Shown here piece by piece: positions 57,772 through 64,000 of a stretch of DNA of 64,000 nt; the stretch's first letter is position 1, and the number at the start of each line of letters is the position of its first letter. The stretch comes from a virus. The translations under genes were made by a program, and so were the position numbers. Below the pieces are notes generated by a model. It was not told where the DNA came from. It searched no databases and saw only the letters and a program-made list of their open reading frames with translations. The DNA lies in IMG/VR virus record IMGVR_UViG_3300042564_006100, positions 39,828-103,827 of that record; one strand, 5' to 3'.

Positions 57772-58766
57772 GATGCTGCCGCGACCTCCCTCGCCTGATG
57801 GAATTCCTCCACGGCCTGCAGGAAACGATCCGGTGCGTTCAGCACCCGCTCGGCGTATTCCTTCGGGACAGCATCCCAGCTTTCACCCGCCTTGATCTGC
57901 TGACGGTCGATCAGGAATGGGATCACTTCCGCCTCGCGAGCACCGAATGCCTCGCGGAGCTTGTCGGCCAGCGTCGGTGCCGCTTCCGCTTTGGCTGCGA
58001 CAGTGCCCCCCGACACCGTCGCAGCCGCGCCGAACACCGGGGCGAGAGCCTCGATGGTGAACGGAAGTTTGTCCGGAAGACCGTGACGATTTTTCGCATC
58101 ATAGGCCGCGCTGTGATTTGCAAACAGCACACGCTCCTTGCCGCCAACGCCGCGCATCTTGCCGTTGTCCTTCTCCGCGACCTTGGTGACGAAGTTGCCG
58201 AACAAAACCAGATCAGCCCACTCCTTGAGCAGAGGCGCGTTCTGCTTGCTGAGCTTTAACTCAAAGCGGTCGTAACTGCCCGCCTGATCCGGAGCCTCGA
58301 ATTTCTTCACCGTTGAGTGCGCGAGAAACACGACGTGCATCCCGCGATCCGTTAGGCCATCGAGCGAGGTGAGAAACCGGGCGAACTCTTCGGTGAGAAT
58401 CACCCAGCCTTTGCCGTATCCGAAATCTTCGATGGATTCCTTGTTCGACTTCCGGCACAAGTGCTCAGCCAACCGTTTTTCTAACCAGTCGGCGGTGTCC
58501 AGTACCAGCGTCTTGAACGGATGATCCGCCTTCGCGAGTTGGGTGACGGCGGCGATGATTTCCTCCCAAGTCGTCACCGCATCCAAGCGGGCGACGTCGA
58601 GGTGGTGGGTGCCGCCTTCGGTATCGAGGAAGACGGGTTCTGGCGCTTGACCGGCCAGCGTCGATTTGCCGACGCCTTCGGGTCCATAGATGACGACCTT
58701 CTGCGGTCGAGAGATTTTGCCCCGGCGAATGGCCAGGGGATTGGTCGATTTGGTTGTGGTTTGCAT
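57768..58766 (-). CDS. Sak4-like AAA_24 ATPase
   Basis: YGPEGVGKS, DTEGG, LVLDTADWLE, GYGKGW, EWAD, AKNR. Confidence 0.88.
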   Translation of the reverse strand: MQTTTKSTNPLAIRRGKISRPQKVVIYGPEGVGKSTLAGQAPEPVFLDTEGGTHHLDVARLDAVTTWEEIIAAVTQLAKADHPFKTLVLDTADWLEKRLAEHLCRKSNKESIEDFGYGKGWVILTEEFARFLTSLDGLTDRGMHVVFLAHSTVKKFEAPDQAGSYDRFELKLSKQNAPLLKEWADLVLFGNFVTKVAEKDNGKMRGVGGKERVLFANHSAAYDAKNRHGLPDKLPFTIEALAPVFGAAATVSGGTVAAKAEAAPTLADKLREAFGAREAEVIPFLIDRQQIKAGESWDAVPKEYAERVLNAPDRFLQAVEEFHQAREVAAAS

Positions 58767-58812
58767 CTTGCGAGTGCGGCGGGGTGTCAAATGACCGCCG
58801 TCGCTACGCCTT

Positions 58813-58977
58813 TGTGTGAGTCCTCACACACGCACCCGCCGCACCGCATCCTCCCTAGTCATTCCTCATCGCAACCCATTAGCCCTCAACGGAATATCCG
58901 GAATTGCATCAGTCTCAAACTTCCGGTATTTCCATGTGTGAGAGTCCTCACACATCCATCGCCAGTGTCCTCACACA
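58813..58977. promoter_or_regulatory. Operators of the lysis/lysogeny switch
   Basis: TGTGTGAG-N2-CTCACACA (58813), TGTGTGAG-N4-CTCACACA (58935), half-site GTCCTCACACA (58967). Confidence 0.7.
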
Positions 58978-59043
58978 CCCAGAAATCGCAGGAAGAGAAA
59001 AAACAGAATTGACGCGGCGAGGCATCGAAGCAACGCTGCTTAC

Positions 59044-59400
59044 ATGCCTGAGATGACACTAGGTCAGCGACTTGAGGAACTCCGCCTCGCCAAAGGACTT
59101 TCCTTTCGAGAGATGGGGGACTTGGTCGGCGCGTCCGCTCCACACGTCCGCGACATCGAGCAGGGAAATCGGCGTCCGTCCGAAGCCCTGCTTGAGAAAA
59201 TGGCCGCCGCGCTCGATACCGAGCTCGATCACCTGCTGCAATACTCCACCCGTCCGCCGTCCAGGCAGATGGAGGAACTCATCGAACAGGACACCCAATA
59301 CAGCCTCGCCTTCCGCAAATTCGTCGATGCGGTGCGAGAGAATAACATCCCGCCGTCCGAGATCATGGATCTTTCGGAGCGGTTGCCGAAAAAAACATGA
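59044..59400 (+). CDS. XRE-family repressor
   Basis: LR..KGLSFREM...VG.S...V.DIEQGNR.PS. Confidence 0.9.
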   Translation: MPEMTLGQRLEELRLAKGLSFREMGDLVGASAPHVRDIEQGNRRPSEALLEKMAAALDTELDHLLQYSTRPPSRQMEELIEQDTQYSLAFRKFVDAVRENNIPPSEIMDLSERLPKKT

Positions 59401-60110
59401 ATGCCGGAAGCCAAGCAGCCGGCCCCTTCTGTCGGCGACTCTACATCCCCGAAAACGACATCGAGCGCATGTGCCGCGAGGCTCTTGCCTCGGTAGATTT
59501 GCTGCCCGAAACCCCCGGCCCGATCCGCATCGAGCGTCTCATCTATCTGCTGTTTGGCTTCGAGGAGGAATACGAGACGCTGCCGGATCAAATCATGGGA
59601 TGCGCCAAGTTCACCCGGCGCGGGCTGTGCCGGATCACCGTCAACCGACAACTCGCCGAACAGGATGATCCGGTAAGCCGTCTCCGCGTCCGCTCGACGC
59701 TGGCCCACGAAGTCGGGCATGGCATTTTTCACAACCAGCTTTTCATCGAGAAACTCGAACGCGACGCCACCTCGCGACTGTTGGACGATGGCGACGGCAT
59801 TTTCGATAGCGTCAGCGGCGAGGGATTCATGTGCCGCGCCGAGGCAGGAATGGCACAGGTGCCGAAATTCGAGTGGTGGGAATATCAGGCGAATCTCGCG
59901 ATGGCCGCCATCCTGCTGCCCAAGCAACTCGTGATCGAGGCCGCCCGCGCCCATCTTCCGCGTGTTCTGTCAGGCTCCGGCTCGTTCGAGGCACGCGTGA
60001 CCGCCGCCGAGCGCGAGTTGGCCGCCTTGTTCAAGGTCAGCCGCCGCATGGTTTCGATCCGCCTTGGCAAGTGGTGGTTCGAGCAATCCAGCCAGCCGTC
60101 CCTCTTCTAA
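59397..60110 (+). CDS. ImmA/IrrE metallopeptidase
   Basis: RSTLAHEVGH, EYQAN..AAILLP. Confidence 0.88.
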   Translation: MNAGSQAAGPFCRRLYIPENDIERMCREALASVDLLPETPGPIRIERLIYLLFGFEEEYETLPDQIMGCAKFTRRGLCRITVNRQLAEQDDPVSRLRVRSTLAHEVGHGIFHNQLFIEKLERDATSRLLDDGDGIFDSVSGEGFMCRAEAGMAQVPKFEWWEYQANLAMAAILLPKQLVIEAARAHLPRVLSGSGSFEARVTAAERELAALFKVSRRMVSIRLGKWWFEQSSQPSLF

Positions 60111-60137
60111 CCAGTCCCAACCGTCCCACAACCAGCC

Positions 60138-61289
60138 ATGGCCAAACCCAAAATCAAACGCTTCGGAAACCCCGAATTCCTCCGCAAAATCAAGCCCGAG
60201 ACGCTGCTCAAGCTCTTGCGATGCTTCGACGAATTTTTCCGCAGTCGCGGCATGGACTTCAGCGGAGCATCACTGAACGACGCCCAGCTTGAGCAATTGT
60301 CCGCACTCATCGTATCGCCGCCAAGCACCTGCCCCGGCGCGTTCCTTGATGCCGTGGACATGCTCGACACCCTCAGTTCCAACGCCGGCCTCGACGAACT
60401 CCGCATGGTGGACGGTGAACTGGTGCGCAAGGTGCAGGAAAAAGGCGACTCCGCGGGGGACATTGCCGTCAAGGTCTGGCTGATGGACCGCACCGCGCTC
60501 GAACGCATCTACACCAAGTTCAGCATCGACCGTGGTCGCACCATGAAATGCTTCAGTCCCGGCAAGGGGCACCGGCCCCTGACTCCCGACCGCGCCATCT
60601 GCCGGGCGATGGAAAAGGATCTGGAATTCGCCTGCGCCGATTTCTTCGACAGCCCCACCTGCGAGGTGCTTTCCTTTGACGATGACGACGGCCACGCGTT
60701 CCTCATCCGCCATGGCGAGCATGTGAAGCGATTCGAGATTCTTGACGACGAAAACAAGCGCGACACCCGCGCCCTGCGTCTTCTCAAGCATGACGTCGCA
60801 TTCGTCTATCACACCGGCGAAGTGCTGCTCTCCGGACGCAGCGAGGGAGTGAGGGAAACTTATCGCAGCGTATTTTCGCAGCATCTTTTCGGTGACAAGA
60901 AAGTTCTGGTTCCCTCCAAACGCTTCACCCTCGAACCCATCCGCCGTGGGCGCGATTGCCTGAATCCCACCGAACTGGACGCCTCCGCCATGCCGGTGTT
61001 GCGGGAGCTGCAGATCAAGCGGCGCGGTGTCAATCGCTCGCTCTTCATTCATGGCGACAACGTGTTCGACGAACTTGAAGAACTTGGATCGGACTTCCTC
61101 CGTCCATTCCATCTCGTGCGCGCCCGATTCACTCTCGACGTCGAAGGCGAGCGCAAATCCCCATCCGTCATCATCTGCCCGGATCAGGACATGATCCGCG
61201 GCGACATCCATCACCCGGTCGTCAGGCAATGGCTCGACCACTGTCCGTTCAACCTCCTTTCCCATGCTCCAGCTTTGGCAAACCATTGA
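60138..61289 (+). CDS. Hypothetical protein
   Basis: 383 aa in operon with repressor. Confidence 0.75.
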   Translation: MAKPKIKRFGNPEFLRKIKPETLLKLLRCFDEFFRSRGMDFSGASLNDAQLEQLSALIVSPPSTCPGAFLDAVDMLDTLSSNAGLDELRMVDGELVRKVQEKGDSAGDIAVKVWLMDRTALERIYTKFSIDRGRTMKCFSPGKGHRPLTPDRAICRAMEKDLEFACADFFDSPTCEVLSFDDDDGHAFLIRHGEHVKRFEILDDENKRDTRALRLLKHDVAFVYHTGEVLLSGRSEGVRETYRSVFSQHLFGDKKVLVPSKRFTLEPIRRGRDCLNPTELDASAMPVLRELQIKRRGVNRSLFIHGDNVFDELEELGSDFLRPFHLVRARFTLDVEGERKSPSVIICPDQDMIRGDIHHPVVRQWLDHCPFNLLSHAPALANH

Positions 61290-62361
61290 CCTCTTCGCCA
61301 AGATCGGTGCAACGCGTGCCGCATGGCAGGCGGCATTGGGCGACGATTTCGAGACATGGAGCGCGTTTCTCCAACCTCGCGGCACCGTGGATTCCATCGA
61401 GGATCCGGATTGCCCCAGCGAGATCCTTGAACTCGAAAAACCTCCCACCGGAGACTTCATCGCCTTCAGCACGGCCATTCCAGCGCACCGCCCCCCGCTG
61501 CGGGTGCCACGCGCCTTATGCGTGCGTCTCGCGCCGGATCTCCGGGCGCTCGCCGCGATGCTCTCGGAAAAACTCGGCTTCGATGCCGCCGAATCACCGC
61601 GTTGGAGCGACACCTGCCTCCACGAAATGGGCACTCTCCCATGCGGACGCGAAAACCCGCGCCCGGTCCACCTCTTCATCCCCGACTCACGCTCGCGGCA
61701 GGCCGTCATGAAGGCGGGGATCTGTGGCATTCCTCGCGCCATCGTGTTGATCCCGGTGTCCATCGGCTACACCTCCGACATTGCGGAACTGGCGGCCAAA
61801 CATGATGTCCACGTCCGCGTGCTCGCAACTACGGCAGGACTGGAAAAACTTTCCATCGCGCCCTCCAAGCGACCGCCGCGTGGCAAGCGCAGCGCCACGC
61901 GCAACCAGCTCTTCACCCCGAAGAAGGACTGGCAGTGGCAAGACCTCGTCATCACCATGCGCCGCGATGGGCTGAATTTCAGCATCCGGGGCGAGGAAGC
62001 CTTTCAATCCTGGGCGCAGCTCAGGATGAAACCCATCCACGGCGGAGAAACCAACAAGACCCTGGCACTCATCGGCATGCTCGCCAATGGCGGGCGCATC
62101 ACCCAGCGCCGCCGCGACGAGGCGGAAAGACAGCAAATCTCCGTTGCCCGCAAGCTGCTTGTCGATCTCATCGGCATCCACGGCAATCCGTTCAAAAAAT
62201 GCAGCGATGGCTGGGCCGCCGAGTTCCGCGTCGATGGCACCGTCGCCCGCAAACAAGTCACCGCATGGGAAGCCGACGACAACGAAGAGGAAATCCGCTT
62301 CGACGCCCCGCGCTCCGTCTTCGATGCGGACGAGGAGGGTTATCACAACTTCCGCGCATAG
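61264..62361 (+). CDS. Hypothetical protein with possible C-terminal winged helix
   Basis: 365 aa; RQQISVARKLL..LIG...NPF. Confidence 0.7.
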   Translation: MLQLWQTIDLFAKIGATRAAWQAALGDDFETWSAFLQPRGTVDSIEDPDCPSEILELEKPPTGDFIAFSTAIPAHRPPLRVPRALCVRLAPDLRALAAMLSEKLGFDAAESPRWSDTCLHEMGTLPCGRENPRPVHLFIPDSRSRQAVMKAGICGIPRAIVLIPVSIGYTSDIAELAAKHDVHVRVLATTAGLEKLSIAPSKRPPRGKRSATRNQLFTPKKDWQWQDLVITMRRDGLNFSIRGEEAFQSWAQLRMKPIHGGETNKTLALIGMLANGGRITQRRRDEAERQQISVARKLLVDLIGIHGNPFKKCSDGWAAEFRVDGTVARKQVTAWEADDNEEEIRFDAPRSVFDADEEGYHNFRA

Positions 62362-62406
62362 GTTTTCATTTCATTCACCATCATCTTCCATTAGACATCA
62401 ACCCGC

Positions 62407-62532
62407 ATGCCCACACTCAACCGGATCGGCAAGGACGCCGTAATCAACCACCACCTGGAGGTTCCGTTCCATCTGCTCAAGGACGTGACCGAACTCTCCT
62501 GCAGCGACCCCTGCAGAGGAAATCGCCGATAG
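62407..62532 (+). pseudogene. 5' remnant of a type III RM Mod gene
   Basis: MPTLNRIGKDAVINHHLEVPFHLL resembles the Mod N-terminus; stops after 41 aa. Confidence 0.65.
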
Positions 62533-62648
62533 ATCCGATGAGAACTCGCTATTCACCTATCAGGACGATATTGATCCGGCTGAAATGGCAGGATTCTCCA
62601 CTCACAAGTTTTAGTTATCTTCATCTCTGCCAATAGATATTCCCAATA

Positions 62649-63461
62649 ATGGACCAAGCCACCCACAACAAGATCGTCTCCTTCATCTGGGGCATCGCCG
62701 ATGACGTACTCCGCGACCTGTTCCGGCGCGGCAAATACCCCGATGTTATCCTGCCCATGTGCGTGCTCCGCCGACTGGATGCCGTGCTTGAACCGACGAA
62801 AAAGGCCGTCCTCGAAGCCCGCAAGATGCTCGACGATGCTGGCATCACTGAGCAGACCGCCGCTCTTTGCTCCGCTTCCGGCCAGGCGTTTTTTAACACC
62901 TCCAAGTTCACCCTCCGCGATCTGAAGTCCCGTGGCAACCAACAGCAGCTTCTCGCCGATTTCGAGGACTACCTCAATGGCTTCTCGCCGAACGTGCAGG
63001 ACATCCTGGAAAACTTCAAATTCCGCAACCAGCTCCAGACACTATCGAAGTCCGACTCCCTCGGCACCCTGATTTCCAAGTTCCTCGATCCGGAAATCGA
63101 CCTCACGCCCGCAGGCATCGACAACCACTCGATGGGCACCGTGTTCGAGGAACTCGTCCGCAAGTTCAACGAGGAAAACAACGAGGAGGCTGGCGAGCAC
63201 TGGACGCCCCGCGATGCCGTGCGCCTGATGACCAATCTCGTCTTCCGCCCGATCAGCAAGCAGCTTCTATCAGGTGCTTGCCCGAAAGATCCCCTGAAGA
63301 CGACCCACGACATGCTTACATCCATGCGCGACGCAGGTGAGATTGCAGAGCAAGTTTTCACGACGAGACTTGCCGAAGCGGTCATTCGGGAATTCAACCC
63401 CAGCCAAAAAGCGGCACCAGGCACCAAACAGAAAAAGACTTCAGCCAAGGGCAAGGCATGA
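62649..63461 (+). pseudogene. hsdM: Truncated type I HsdM fused to unrelated tail
   Basis: IWGIADDVLRD...GEHWTPRDAV, then no DPxCG or NPPY motifs. Confidence 0.8.
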
Positions 63462-63585
63462 ATTTGCAGAGTGCTATTTGTTGGAAGCTGATTGGATCCT
63501 CACCCTAGCACTGATCCTGCAAGCGTGCGACAGATGGACGGGAACTCATCCGCGCAGTTACGACTGCCTCGACTGCACATGCGGT

Positions 63586-63621
63586 GAAAACAAAGCGCCC
63601 GGCGATTGAGGTCGCCGGGCG
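63586..63621 (-). terminator. Intrinsic terminator
   Basis: CGCCCGGCGA/TCGCCGGGCG hairpin plus CUUUGUUUU on minus strand. Confidence 0.75.
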
Positions 63622-63647
63622 AGGATTGCAGGTTTGTGACATTCCGG

Positions 63648-63851
63648 TCAGTGCGTGCAAATGTAGCCTTTTCCCGGAGGGCCGACATAATGCATGGACT
63701 TGTGCTCAACTTTGCGTTCCACCTTGGGCGCGTCGGACTTTTTGAAAGAGGATCCGAGCGGGCCCTTTCCCGGAGGCGCGGCGGATGCCGAGGCGGCGAA
63801 TGCGATGGTCAATGCGGCGGTCAACAGTGTTGCGATGCTTTTTGTTTTCAT
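63648..63851 (-). CDS. Small secreted protein, probably host
   Basis: MKTK signal peptide ending ASA-A; PPGKG twice. Confidence 0.65.
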   Translation of the reverse strand: MKTKSIATLLTAALTIAFAASASAAPPGKGPLGSSFKKSDAPKVERKVEHKSMHYVGPPGKGYICTH

Positions 63852-64000
63852 AATATGGGTTGTGGGGTTGAGCGGTGTTCCCGTTGGGAGGGTTTCCCGA
63901 AGGACCTTGAACACCGTCTTCATAGGGTCATACACCTGCCCTTGCGCAAACCCTTGGAAAAATTCCGATTCTTTTCCTTGTGGATTCGCCCGACAAAAAA

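Larger units (their letters stand above)
14200..62361. mobile_element. Lambda-like temperate siphovirus prophage, apparently complete; boundaries approximate
   Basis: Integrase, tail, head, lysis, terminase, replication and repressor modules in order; att sites not confirmed. Confidence 0.9.

Noticed and set aside
60270-61763. Long antisense ORFs (also 41008..42411, 20275..21435) and same-strand or opposite alternate frames such as 32569..33744
   Set aside because: Shadow frames of high-GC genes with no recognisable motifs.
63490-63512. GATCCTCACCCT as attR
   Set aside because: Does not match the candidate core near 14204 well enough.
1-64000. CRISPR array or diversity-generating retroelement
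   Set aside because: No regularly spaced repeat-spacer run, no reverse transcriptase, no adenine-specific TR/VR pair; the DUF2800 genes sit in recombination modules.

Overview
The window is mostly mobile DNA in a high-GC host (probably Verrucomicrobiota/PVC, inferred from gene content and AC-rich, SD-less leaders). (1) 1-5960: right end of a phage-like element (DUF2800 nuclease, SF2 helicase, sigma-like factor, HTH, two large unknown genes). (2) 6133-13439: a type I RM locus with an extra half-size HsdS and an M48 peptidase. (3) About 14200-62360: an apparently complete lambda-like siphovirus prophage with integrase/excisionase, tail, head, lysis, DNA-modification, repeat-bounded early cassettes, replication and an XRE/ImmA switch. 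(4) 62400-63460: decayed type III and type I RM remnants, then a small host gene. Most notable: a TTGAC(A) box at 17 sites, 16 of them 13-19 nt upstream of a start codon, too close to be a normal -35 element; two Tad2/DUF2829-like domains in the tail module, one fused to Cys-rich repeats and 28 prolines; a ParB/MTase/HAD/CmoA cluster suggesting carboxy-SAM-dependent DNA modification; a NeuA-sialyltransferase-like fusion; tandem alternative early cassettes; and a D-arm-reduced initiator-like tRNA. Family calls come from motif recognition by eye, not database searches.
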